Below the pieces are notes generated by a model. The model saw only the letters and a program-made list of their open reading frames with translations. It searched no databases and was not told the DNA's origin. Positions 38,458 through 51,000 of a stretch of 64,000 bases of DNA are shown here, in pieces. The stretch's first letter is position 1; every line of letters begins with the position of its first letter. The DNA is from Phoronis australis (Eukaryota > Animalia > Phoronida). The translations under genes and the position numbers were made by a program. The stretch covers positions 96,067 to 160,066 of the forward strand of contig NMRA01000286.1 in assembly GCA_002633005.1 (NCBI GenBank), in the 5' to 3' direction.

Positions 38458-38961
38458 CTAAATCTTACCAACAACGCTCCACACTTCAACGTCGTCCCAT
38501 TCAACCGACGAGCCACAGCCGAGATCACCATTGTACATCGAAGGAAGACAGGAGCCTTTCTCCGACGTATCACTAAAGAAGACCAGGTCGGAACTAAAGG
38601 ATGGACCAGAGCCCGATAAATGGTTCACAGCTGGGTTTGATGGCGTTATGTTGTACCTGGCTGATGTGCATTCTTGCCCACACAATCGGAACACGAATGC
38701 ATTACTATCTTGCGTGTCGACACTGGGGCTACTTGCCCAGGAGAGGGATGTATAACCACCGTAGGTGATTCCTCTCGTTGGGTCTTTTCCAATAGAGATG
38801 GTAGAGCCCTTATTGTCGCATTTGCTGTGAAATTCTGCAGGCGTCATACCGTCGCGGGATGCCTGGTACAGCAGCTTGAATGACTTTCCCGGGAGCCAAT
38901 TTCGTAGCTGCGCTGCAGTGGTCTGTAGTCAGCAGATTCGAATCCAGAACACCCCCGATAC
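38458..38961 (-). CDS. TLDc-domain exon (apparent +1 frameshift near 38920, or use of a cryptic acceptor at 38912)
   Basis: DSNLLT...QLRNWLPGKSFKLLYQASRDGMTPAEFHSKCDNKGSTISI...YGGYTSLSW...DSNAFVFRL...GPSF...DDVEVW are TLDc motifs; acceptor ttttag| at 38961; donor G|gtaag at 38469 or stop at 38458. Confidence 0.8.
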
Positions 38962-39340
38962 CTAAAATTCAAATGGAGCAAAGTGAAGCTGGACACTGTA
39001 TTTTTCATCCCTGGAATTTAAAATCAAAGCTATTAGAAAGGCTGTACAAGCAATGTTAGTTCGCATGATTTTTATTTCAGGAACAAGTTCACAGTGAAAC
39101 GTTAAGTTTATTCACTAAAAGAGAACATTACTGAAAATGTCACTAACAATAAAAACCGACTGGTCTAAAGTCTTAAGATAAGACAATAATGAAACACGAA
39201 AAATACTTTGTCAGTAAGATTCTAATAGAATTCTTAAACAATCTCAATGTTGCATGTTTGATAGTCATTCATCCTACTGACTAAAGATTTCCTCTAAAAG
39301 TGTTACACTGAAAAGTTAACCCTACTGGACATAACTTTAC

Positions 39341-39818
39341 CAGTCTCCTTTGCAGTAGCCCATAATATGGTGACGTCATTTGTCAGCGATTCTTGACCCA
39401 CCAAAGACTTGAAGCGATGGGAGTCCATAGAAGCTACGCGAGAATTTTCTTCCTGGCATTTTCTTTTCGCGCTTTCCCAATCCACTGATACCTTGCTCAG
39501 TTTGAAGCACGAATGTTCAATGTAACGAAATTCGCTTGGACAATACAGTTTATTCAAAATGAGTTCAAGGGAGGAAAATGACTTTTCGTTTTGATATTTC
39601 CCTTCCACAATGGGTAAAATCATATCAAGCATTTCTCTAAATTCCGTAATGGTTTCTAAAACTTCAGATTGAAAGCTCCGGTTCCTTTTTTCTTCTCCTT
39701 TTAGTAAGCTGATGACTGACTCTTCGAGAACAGATCTCTTCACGGCGGCCGAAGCCACCGGGAGAGGCGCATTTTGAGTATTCAGCACAAACAGTACGAG
39801 GAGACAAGTACTGAACAT
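39341..39818 (-). CDS. First exon: signal peptide + coiled-coil-like neck + N-terminal half of a C-type lectin domain
   Basis: MFSTCLLVLFVLN hydrophobic start; YCPSEFRYIEHSCFKL..VDWESAKRKCQEENSRVASM...LWATA shows the CTLD Cys/Trp pattern; donor ACT G|gtaaag. Confidence 0.75.
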
Positions 39819-40748
39819 TTTTACTATTATAATGTAATCAAAAAGTTCTTAGACAAATACAAAGCGATCCCTTCACAATACCAAAGAGCAACAATTATCC
39901 TCAACACTGTAATGGTACAGTTTCTGGAGTTTGTGAGGAAGACTCAAATGTATCGCCTTTTAAGTCTCAAGCATCTCCAAATGATAGATCCTACATGCCA
40001 GTCAAACTAATTGCTCCAGCCAATCAGAGCGCTAAACACGTACACTTCAGGATAGTGTTTGATCATTCTAACTCAAACCCTGCTTGCGATCGAAAGAGCA
40101 GACGGTTTTAGGATGGGCTTGGGGCCCTTGCATTCCAGAACAATTCATTACGAGAAAGAACGAAGGTCAATGGCGGTAGCTAATATTAAAGTATTTAACA
40201 TACTTCAGGATCAACTGAAAAAGTGCCCGGTGAATAAAAAAATACAATCAAAGTGAAAGAAGTTCACTTTCCTGTTTCACAAATAACATAATTTTATTAT
40301 TTTATGTGTCAGAATCTAATAAATATTAACCATTAATGTGGCAATTAATCCGCCTTCCATAAAAAAACAGCTTTTGAATTAGTCCACTTACCTTTATGAA
40401 AATTGCAGTAAAAAATTTTCTTAGCCAAATTTCAGGGGAATTTAGGATTTCTATTGAACTGACAGTTCCTGATTGCTTGAGACAAGTAGTCTTGACATTG
40501 CGTATCATGTTATGCGCCGGGCGCGAGTTTATAGCTGGTTTAAACATGAGAGTACAACAACAGTTTTGACTTACAGAAAGATGGCCTCGTCGACAACCAA
40601 AGGCAGTTTCTAAGCTAAAACTCGACAATTAGTTGACACTGGAAAAAACCTTCGAATGCAGTAAAATTCCTACCACCTGTTGCGCTATGAAACCCATGCT
40701 GTAGATCAGCAGGGCATTTAGCCTTAGCGTCACCGAAAACAAGAGTAC

Positions 40749-41071
40749 CATGGGCGGATCCAGGATTTTGAGTTAGGGGAACCAGGGCACAGGAATAACC
40801 AGAATTTCGCCACACGCGCGCGCCCAGCCTAAAATGTAGGGATGCAAGGGTCTCGGGTTTTTGGGTTGGTTGACCTTATTTCTAAAATTTCTAAAAAAAG
40901 GGTAAACGAGGCTTGTTCAAGACCCCTGCATTGTGCAATCGCCCCCCGAGCTCCCTGGGTGCGCACATATGGTAGTCGGCAATTCGCACCCCGAACTACC
41001 AAATGGTATCTGGGAGAATTTTAGGGGGGTCATGGCCCCCTTGCCCCCCCCCCCCCCTAAATCCGCCACTG
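40749..41071. mobile_element. GGCGGAT-type MITE with a 5-bp TSD
   Basis: agtac|catgggcggatccagg ... taaatccgccactg|agtac; an inverted relative lies at 56138-56303. Confidence 0.75.
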
Positions 41072-43920
41072 AGTACAACGATAAACTTGCACTGGTACAT
41101 GTGAACGATTGCTGCACTGCGTTCTGCAAAGCAAATTTCTTGCGAGAAAACCGGGATCACGCAAATATTCGCGAGGTGTCGCAGGCCCATGCATGATAGC
41201 AACACTAGCTATACTTGCCAATCAATATCTTGGGTATATATAACACAACCCCGTTTGATACGAACTAGTGAAATCTGTGATCGAACCTTGATGTGACAAT
41301 GGGCTGATGTAACCTTAGTGCAACATTGCTTCCCCAGGTCCAGATTGATTATGTAGTTCTATATGTTAGACCTGACAGTTCGGGGATTTATGATCACAAC
41401 TATAATATGGTGAATTGATTGCTATAATAGGCTTGCAAAGAACTTCCACCATCATGGATGGAGAACAATTGGGGTCCCACATTTTTCAAAAACCCTTAGT
41501 ATGTTTTCCTATTACTAAAATGTAGTCACTACATGAAATACTGAAAAATAGTCAGTTTTGAATTTAGGCACCGGTGTTAATGAAATGAACGTGAATTAGT
41601 GTTCAGTTTTTTTTTACATGCCATCTGTTGGTCACATCACGTGACCTATAAATGAGTGTCGTTTTCAGTGGCAGTGGTCGGCGGCCGGGGACATCGTGTT
41701 GTTGGCGTCTTCTGCTGTGCGGCACTAAAAGTGTCTGTTGAAATTTACACTCACCACAGCTTCGCAATACAACGCAACAAATGTATTGTTCAAAACAGAA
41801 ATATTTTCGTAGTTTTAGGGCCAAAAGTCTCGTTCACGTCCGAACTAAGCCGAAACTTAGAATTCGAGCACTGGAATACCAACTCCCGCACGTAACCTAT
41901 GTATTCTATTAGAGCTTGCTACCCCGAGACCAGCCGCGAGAACTGAGGGCCCTCTTGGAAAACAGTGTTGTCACTGAAGAGACCACCTTCATTTTAAATA
42001 TAACAATAAATTAATAAAAGTTTGCATTGAGACTTTCCGGCTAACTGGTCGACTGAGTTTTCGTCGAGAGTTGAAGTTATCAAATCATGCCTATTTTTTG
42101 CTTCATTTTCATTTTGTTGAGGTACGGTCTATACAGTCAACGATTTCTCGGAAAAGTTGGTCAACAAACCCGACAATTGCACCGACTTGTGGCCCTGGGT
42201 GGATACCGGCAGTAGTTTGGCTACTGATGTCTTTTCAGCTCCAGTCGTAGAACCACTTTCGACAACCTATCATACTACATGCCAGGAGTTTTTCAACAAG
42301 GCATTTTGGGTGTTAAAATCTTGTTACGGTATTTTACGGAAAGAAGTGACTTTTGGTTTCTGAGTGCTTGGTGAACAGTAAATGTTTATCTGTAATTTAA
42401 AAAAAAATAAAGTTTACCTTGTAAAAGAACCCAATCCAGTACATGTACTTCATGTTGCTGACTGTGTATTTGCCAATTGCCCCGCTCTTAACGCACTGTC
42501 CCAATTTTTGGAATTTTTTTCCGTCATCCCGCCACACCATCTAAATGTCAAACTTCTTGACATCTTCAACTACTTTCCAGTTTTCGGCATTTGTTTGTTA
42601 AAAATTATCACATCTCAGGAAAGACCATTCTCGTATATCGTTTAAGTATATGTAATAAACCTGTGAAAATTAGGTATATTTTTGTGACATCTCTCCTTGT
42701 AAATGTACTGTTTCGCTATTAGAAGCAAAATGTTAAAAAGAAAATCATGTGTCTCGTAAAGTCCAAGAATAACTCGATCGTTGATTGTTGATTCATTCCT
42801 TGAAATATTTTTACAATCTTGGCCTCATTTTAGCGTTCGTCGATTTACTTGTCGAGAGTACATTAAATCACTGTTCCTGGATTTTGAAATGGGCCATGAG
42901 AATTATTCACTCAAAATACCTGCACCGTCACCAGTTTTGTGTCGTATGAACAGCAAGTGCAATGTGCATCCACATACAAATAATGTGGACCCGTCAAACT
43001 ATGCGTCTATAAAGAAGCAGTTAGCTAATTGTCTTCAGAATTGCAAACCGAATTCCGTTGAACAAGTGAATATGCATTGGTGAACAGTATTAGACAACTG
43101 AATAGCTCAATGGTTACAAAATATTACTACTTTTTTCAAAATATCAGGCACCCAAACCCCAGAAAATTCGGTTTGCTTTGGAACACCGTATATCGGAATG
43201 GCTGAGTGGATTCATTTTAACTTTCACATAGTATGCGTCATGTAGTGTTCAAAATGTTCCATTTATGTATGAGATACTATAAAAATTATGACTTTTCGTG
43301 TTTCATGAAAATACTTAGACGTTAGATAAATCAAAAACCAAACGAAAACTGTGACAGGATTTTTGAGACTTTAGCTTCAATATGTATATCAAAATTTCGT
43401 TGTTTAGCTGAAAATGTACCTTTCTTTTTTCCGAATTTTCCAAAAATTCATGATCGCGTGCTCCACTTAACGGCAGAGTGACATAAAGTCTGAAGTTGAA
43501 TTCTACAAATTTTCTGCTTACAGAAAATATATAATTTCACGAAGCTAAGATATAAAGTTTTGTAGATATTCGGCTAAATATACGGACTAGTAGATAGGTT
43601 TCGAGATATCTATAACTTCCTTTTGCCGACTCTATTCATGATCGCTCGCATTTAACTATGAAGTCTCCGCAACGCACTCGTGCTTCGCTTGCACTCACAA
43701 CTTGTGACTGAAAAAGTTTCCGCGGTTTTCAAAACCTAGAACATAATTTCGATGAAAACATCGATTACACCCACCCCAGGTGAAACTACTGCCAAGCACA
43801 ACGTTGTCACCAGATATCAGTCTTCATCACTAGGCGATTTTACTTTTGTGTCATAACCTCGTCTATTTCGTCGTCCGCCCGCCTAAATCATCAAAATGCA
43901 AGTACGGATTCTAGAAACTA

Positions 43921-44330
43921 TGGACAGGTGGCTTAAATTAATTAACCGATATTACAATATTCGTGTTCATTAAAAACGTACGCTGCAAGCGGTATTCTGT
44001 AAGCTTTATTAATCTGAATTTGAAGACATACTTTGTAATTCGTCAATCGTAACCAAGCGTACACATTCTCAACGTTCAAGGCGACCCACATTGCTACCTG
44101 CTTTTATGGGACTGCTGTGTACATACTAGCGCTCACGTGAGCCACTCCCACGGCACGCGCCTTCTTTATAAATGTAGTACTGTGGACAGGTGGCTACAAT
44201 AGTCGTGTTCATTAAAAACGTACGCTGCAAGCTGTATGTTGAATGCTTTAAAGATATATTTTGTAGTTCGTCAGTCGTATCCGGGCGTTCACACGTCTAC
44301 AGCTACCTCAGTGCCGTTTATCGGACTGCC
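43921..44330. repeat. Diverged ~260-bp-period direct repeat
   Basis: tggacaggtggct...acaata.tcgtgttcattaaaaacgtacgctgcaagc...ttcgtca.tcgta...ggactgc at 43921 and 44183. Confidence 0.7.
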
Positions 44331-44443
44331 CACAGAAATAAGCCCCGTCTTTGTAAGTTGAGATGACCATAAATTAAGCTACCGGCAATACTAAAACCAT
44401 TTGCTTTCATTTTAGTATACTACCATGATTGCGTAGCTAACAG

Positions 44444-45157
44444 AACAAGAGCAACGCAGAGCCGTTGAAATGCGCCCACGAATGCACCACGAACGGGGTG
44501 CGCTTAGGGTTGATTATTCAGTGCTTCATAAAAATGGCCACTACATCCGAACGTGGCGTCACTTCTCTAATAAAAAAACTTACTATTTACCAAATTTCAT
44601 AAAAATATGTCAAGGACTTTCAAAGAAACAAAGGAAAACGGAAAAAAGTGAAGTTTCCACTAGGGGGCACAGTCGTTGCCTGTTGTTAGCTTCATATAGA
44701 TACACTTTAAATATTAATAAAGATTCTGCAGTGGGTTACTGGAAAACAAAACAAAACTACCACTAGGAGGCGCCACAGTAGTCGAAGTCATCGTCAACCG
44801 TCCTCTTCACACTGACAACAAAATCATCCTTAGTGGATTGGTTGATAGAGGCCGGTGGATTCGAAAACAGCAAAATGCCCACTAGATGACGCAAAATACC
44901 TCGATAGCGTCATCTCACCAATAGATGAATATACCGGTATTCCAAATTTTGAAAATCCGTTACTACGGACCTTAGAAGATACAGAGGTAAATGTAAAAAA
45001 CCAAAATTGCCACTAGAGAGCACACCGGAAGTCAGATCCGTCCGAAAACCGTGGCCGTCCGTTGTCAACATCATGGAAATACACTTGCCAAATTTAGTAA
45101 AGATCCTGCAGGTTTAAGAGATACAGTTATGGGCACAAAAAATCAAAACTGCCACTA
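44444..45157 (-). mobile_element. HINE-like element, reverse copy (3' end present, 5' end lost)
   Basis: aacaagagcaacgcagagccgttgaaatgcgcccac is the reverse complement of the 3' end at 9394-9428; core repeats follow. Confidence 0.75.
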
Positions 45158-45488
45158 TTATAGGTGGGTTACCTGGTCTTTCGAGTCCAACCTGGATATT
45201 AATCTTGAAAATGTGTCAATAATTAACCAAAGAGCTAGACGTAGAAAAATCACCTGGTACATTAGAGAACAATCCAACTTTGAACCAAAGAGTTGTCTGA
45301 CGAAATGGTGCTATGATGCTCGGCAACCGGAATGCGACAAAATGTCAGGATCAAATTTTCGAAAACTTCAATTTCACCTTCGTCGCATGGCAACCACTCA
45401 ACGCCTCCGAATCGCAACGTCTTTAAGGGTTGCAAAACCTGAAGAGACATTTGAATGTCCGTTTTCTATCCTTATCGCTGTTCCGGCT

Positions 45489-45540
45489 GTATTGGAATCT
45501 GGCCCGTATTGGAATTCCAATACGGGCCAGATTCCAATAC
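45489..45540. repeat. Perfect 52-bp spacerless palindrome
   Basis: gtattggaatctggcccgtattggaa|ttccaatacgggccagattccaatac. Confidence 0.9.
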
Positions 45541-46789
45541 GGGTCGGAGCATCGCCATTCGAGTAACGCGGAACAAAACTATGCCGATAAACGATTTTAC
45601 GATGGAGCTATCGTAGTGAGCCACGTTTTCATTGGAGCGCGCTTCTTGTCTGCGTGAATTAGGCGTATATGAGTAGTCCCGCAGCTGTTCTTCGGAAACA
45701 GAACATACCCGGCGAGATATTTTTCGACGCTGTGGAAGACTCATATCTTCATCTAGTAAACGGCACTGCGGGTAAGACCACTTACCATGCAGCAACGGAC
45801 TGGCGCACACCGCCAGACTGAACCAGTACCGCGAAGTCCTGGACTTCACTGATCATAGTATTCACCACCCGATCTTTACTCAGCACAGTGCATAAAAGCG
45901 AGGTTAAGGGCGTCCTCATGAGTGTCCACCTACTGGTACACCTCAAACAAGACCACGCCAGAGGCCGGCTTGACTCCCACCCACAAGTCTACAAACGATC
46001 ATTTAAGAAAATGGTCAACACTTTATGCGGGATTTGGAGATTAACTTAGAATCTACGGACAGGCCACTCCGTACTCCATTGAGCCGATATTCAGTCGATC
46101 ATACCACTCAAGAGTAAGCAATGCTATTACAACGCATTGGAAGAACAAAAATTCATTACTCAATACTACTGGAAACTAAAAACACCAATTAGTAACTGCG
46201 AAGACAATCCTTCCAAGAAATGAGTTTAATTTTATTTATTTAATGATTTTTAAAACTTTTTTTTCTATCTACGGTGCGTGTGTTCGAATTTCATCAATGT
46301 CTTCGAGAGTTATTTTAGATATGCAAAAATCTTTAGCGTACTATTTGGGGATGGGATTATAGAGTTTCTCCAACTTGTCAGGCAGCAATTAAATTCACTG
46401 AATTATCACCAATTCTTACAAGATTAGCTTCTAATTGTCAGAAATCATCTATGAATCTATCGATATTCGTAGATACATAAACAAGTAAATCAGAAACCAA
46501 CAAATTTGTTTATCACACACTAGCAGGAATGTCACTTTATGCGCAATATCCGCATGCATGCTCGCAGATTTTTGACGGGTAACCGGGGGAATACGGGAGA
46601 TAGGGTATTCGTATTAGGTGTATTTTCATAGGTACCTATAACGGTTCACGATTTAAATTTGAAATCCACTTACAAAAAAAACGTTGAAATATTTGTTTAT
46701 GATTGCGAGAGTTCTTTGAGTACCCCTTTCATTAACATGATAAAATTTAAAAGCATTGTTTTAAATAAAAATGTCAAAGTCAGCAAAAC

Positions 46790-47065
46790 TATGACTTCCG
46801 TTTACATGCCTTCTTTTTTCGAATAAACGCCCGGGCGTTTATTTGGTGTTACTGAAACAGCTCAAAATTGTTATTTTCCGAATACACGTCCATCGGCTTA
46901 TTTACAGAACATCCCGCTAATAGTCTATAACAAGCATGCAACACGACAGGCGTCCATGTACTGTGGTGTCCTCTTTTGGACAGAATTCACACCGGAAGTT
47001 TTAATAGACGCGTATACCGGGAAGTTTTGACCGAAAAAATCGATGATCCTCGTTACTTTGTGAGT
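46790..47065 (+). promoter_or_regulatory. Candidate DPY19L3 promoter and non-coding first exon
   Basis: ETS-type motifs (acttccg ~46794, accggaagt ~46991, ccgggaagt ~47017), CpG enrichment and donor gtgagt at 47060; the ATG exon begins with an acceptor at 52420, so an upstream exon is needed. Confidence 0.4.
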
Positions 47066-47245
47066 ACACAGATTACAAGTTAACAAGCCATATCAACGCA
47101 CCAGCTCTAATCTTTGCAGCCAACTACCGTATTGACATCTGTCACCTCGTATTTGCTTTTGACCTTGGTTTGGGTAGGATTTCCTTGGTATGTAGAGTTG
47201 TAGACGATCGAATTTTTCGCTACTGCCACTGCCACAGACAGGTTA

Positions 47246-48052
47246 TGCTGTGCGTGAACTTGGAATCCTACTTAATCACAAGATTAAGCGGAAGTGAGTG
47301 TTGCGTGAACTTGGAATACATGAGGATACTTGACAAGTTCACTCAAATGATCACGTTCACGTGAAAAAAATTTGCACTGCACTAAACTTGCGTGCACCCA
47401 GCCTTCAATGTGGGAGGGCTCGAATTTCTGTCGATGTGGACCTTTTTTTGCCTACAAAATATCGGCAGGACTAAGAAGAAGAAGAAAAAAAAACGGGGTA
47501 CTACCTTCAAAACTGTAAACTGTGCATCTGCGTCTTTTCAGTGGACTTTTGCCTCGTTTTTCTTGGAGTTTTTGTTCCTTTGAGGCAGACCTTGTTGCCC
47601 ACTTCACCAAATTAGTGCGCGCATGCTAAACCAAATTATATGTTATTAAAATAACGAACATTCATCTGATCTTTTTTTAAGCTATTGGCGATCTTATTCA
47701 CCCGACAATAATTGTGTTGTAGATGTGCTTCTGATGAATCTGTTAGCTACTCGCTAACGTGCAATTGCCTATTAGCTCAAATGGTTAGCACGCTTGCCGG
47801 TTTTATGGGGGTTGCTGGTTCGATTCCCGGGTCGGGTAATCTCGGCTATTACTACAATTGTTTTAACCAATCACAAATTGCTCCGATACTTTGACACAAG
47901 TTACGAGAAAGAGTGATTACAAGGCCAATAATTACAAAAATTCTTTACAATGAACAAAAAAATTTCACCTGATTGCCCAAATATATGTTCAATTCCAAGT
48001 TCACGCATACGCCATCTTGAGATTAAGCAGGATTCCAAGGTCATGCACAGCA
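47246..48052. mobile_element. TIR DNA element with a 4-bp TSD (gtta) enclosing a tRNA-like cassette
   Basis: gtta|tgctgtgcgtgaacttggaatcctacttaatcacaagat ... atcttgagattaagcaggattccaaggtcatgcacagca|gtta; a subterminal repeat tgcgtgaacttggaat occurs at both ends. Confidence 0.7.
47767..47839 (+). pseudogene. Degenerate tRNA-like sequence / Pol III type-2 promoter
   Basis: A box TAGCTCAAATGG and B box GGTTCGATTCC at tRNA spacing, but the acceptor and anticodon stems are mispaired. Confidence 0.55.
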
Positions 48053-51000
48053 GTTACTCACTCAGTGACCATGACATGTAAACATAGACTATAATCTACT
48101 CTCTTTATCCTATAGTTTAATGGACAATTACTCTGTAGCAGATTGGTTAAGTTGCCATGCTCTGTAGGCCCCTTGTGCCAGGATTGCGAGTTCCTGGGGT
48201 TGGACACAGGACACAAGACTCTAAAGTTAAACCAGGCAAATTGTGGAGTTTGTCTTTGACACTTGAAAAGGTTCCTTGAATTGCCATCTGTTATAGGTTT
48301 TTGTTATGTTCAGTTGGTTTTGATTTCCTGTAGGGATTTTGATAAATAGCTGAAATGAAACTCGAATTTTAGTATCTTGAAAGATATTTGTACATTTAAG
48401 AGTCCCTGATTTTTTGGAATCAGGATGACGAACTCCGCAATGGGCTTGTTATTAGTATATAGTGGTTCTATTTAACAAGGAATGTTATGTTCTGACTAGC
48501 ATAGTTTACTTCTGTTAAACCATTTGTAGTCACTGTCTGATTCTAAAGTACTTGTGGCATGACCTTCATGTACATCTGCCGTTATTGCCTAATGCCCATT
48601 AAGACCAACACTATATTTTTTAATGCTTACGTTCATTTTGAACTTTGGCACATGTGTTTAAAATGGGTGACCTTCCTGGCACTAACTGTTAGTGGTCAAT
48701 TGCATGGTCATTGCCTCACATTCATGCATTTGTGGAAAAAGGATACAAATCTTTCTACATTTTTATCAATGGAAAATACAGTCATAATTGATTAAAGAGA
48801 AGGACAATGTGCACCAGAGTTGCTAAAAAGTAGACAGGTATGATACCACTGACTGCTCAAGTTATCTCTCAGTCAATACATGCAAGCTACTGATAGTGAT
48901 ACCGGCTGTTATGTACCACTACTGCAATTTATTACCCAGCTATTTAGCTCCACTAATTTTGGAATGACTCCAGTGAAATTTTGCATAATCGTAATTGATT
49001 TTGTTAATCACCTGCCTTAAATTGTACAACCCATTGTTCCTTGGTTTCCATACTTGTCTCTAGAATATTAAGATATATTGCATATAGTTACTTTGTCACC
49101 AACTGTTCACCTGAGTAGCCGATCTTGAATACACAAATTGAACATTTGTCAGAACACACATCAACACATCATCCAAGGAATCAGATTCATATTTAGTCCC
49201 ATTTATACTAAAATAGTTGACACAGATCATCTGACGCAGAAGGAAATAATCAGGAGCCTGTGTACAGGGAACTGTCTCTGAGCAAACCGACAATACATTG
49301 ACAAGTTTTGTCATCTGTTTGTGAGGTAGAGCAAGCTGTGTCCAATCATCTTGTTCCATATCAACTTGACATCTAAACGCAAAACTGGGACATGGCAGAA
49401 GGGATCATGTGTATTGCGCTTACGCAAAAATGCTTGTATGTGGCAATTTCGTGGAAAGGTCAACAAAAAAATAAAATTATGACTAGATTATAGATTAACA
49501 TTTCTGGTCAGGCTAGTGATCTAATCTGAAAGCCCAGTCTCTCTAGTTTCACGACCCACATTTGAATTTCCTATAATTTTTTCCTTAAACGGACAAATTG
49601 ACAGAGGCAATTTCTAATGTCCTAAAATGGACCCTAAAAATTACCTCTGTCAATTTTTATGTGTGTAAGCTAATTATAGGTATTTCACTATATTATCAAA
49701 TTTGTACTATCACATGAAGCCTAAACTTTCTAAAAAATATCATTTGACCCGTGGCACATCATCGACCTCTTGGGGTCAAAGGCCAAATCCTGGATATCAT
49801 GGTGCCATACGTTAGTCAAAAAAGTGTTAAAAAGTTTTGTTACATCAAAAGTTTTCAATCAAAATTAAAATAATTTAAGATTCCATTTTAACTGTAACTA
49901 TTGACCAAAATTTTAAATCCCAGGGATTATTTGTCAAAAATGGCATGACAGACGTATGGAAAATTTATGTAACATTCGTCACTCCAAACTTGCTGAAGAG
50001 GAAATTTGTCTCACACCTAAGAATAAAATCTCATGAATTTGCTACGAATTTAAAATAGATGCATTGGACTTTTTCAATTTGGAAAGTATTTGTGGAGAAA
50101 TTATCCTTTACATTGTCATCTAGTTATTCATGGTAGAGTTCAACTTGTTAAAATCAAACAGTCGGACCACATTATAGAATGTAAATAGAATAAAATGTTA
50201 ATTTAATGAACTTATTGTTTTTGTGTTAGTGCCCCATGTTAGTAGAGATATCTTTAGTTTGTGGAAAATTACGGAAGCAAAAAAATATTCATAAAGAGAC
50301 TTCCAAAGTTCCTATGGAGACTTAGAGGAATACATGTCAAGTGGCTTTCTGTAGGACTTAACAAGTTATTTCCGCTCTGACCCCCTATGCTGTTTTGTAT
50401 TGAGAAAGCCAATGATGGTCATTTTTAAGTGGTAGCAACTTGTGACCCATTTTATTAAGTAATTTGTCACACCTTCACTGACTGTTGTCACACCATCACT
50501 GACTGTAGTCACACCGTGGCAAGATTGCCTACTGATACCCAGCTTTGTGCATCTGCAACAGGAAGGCTTGGAAAATAGATTCCAGCACCTGTCTGGCCAT
50601 TTTCCAGTTTAGAGCCATCCGTATAACAAACCACCCCATTCTTGTATTCTGCAGTAGGCCATCTATCACCAATTTATTTCTGTGAAGAAATTGTTTATGT
50701 GATTACAGCTGTGATCTGGACATGTTCCTTTGTTGCCCAGTTTTGGCCATTAGCTTATTGCAGGCAATATTAATCACTAATAAGGGCCAACATCTGAAGA
50801 TTTTATTAGCTCCACATATTCCTAAATCACGATCCTAAATTTAAAGTAATTCAATGTCTGCCTTAACACTGCAAGACAGCACTGGTGTTGGATCACAGTA
50901 TAAATGCCACAAGTCGATGCTGTCAGCTAAACCATACTGTACCATTTGTCTGCTTCACAATACTTTTAGAATATCACCTTTGTTTGTAACATGGGCATGC

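Noticed and set aside
38430-38462. tRNA/SINE head gtgtagctcattggatagagcg
   Set aside because: Only an A box/D-arm is present, with no B box or T-arm downstream
45051-45849. 171-aa and 125-aa ORFs sharing an identical peptide
   Set aside because: The shared peptide comes from the DNA palindrome; the + ORF starts inside a repeat, and no domain is recognisable
46822-46843. 22-bp palindrome aataaacgcccgggcgtttatt as a dedicated regulatory site
   Set aside because: It resembles the subterminal motif of TA-flanked MITEs; probably a collapsed relic
47767-47839. Functional tRNA gene
   Set aside because: The acceptor and anticodon stems do not pair and the anticodon cannot be assigned; kept only as tRNA-like
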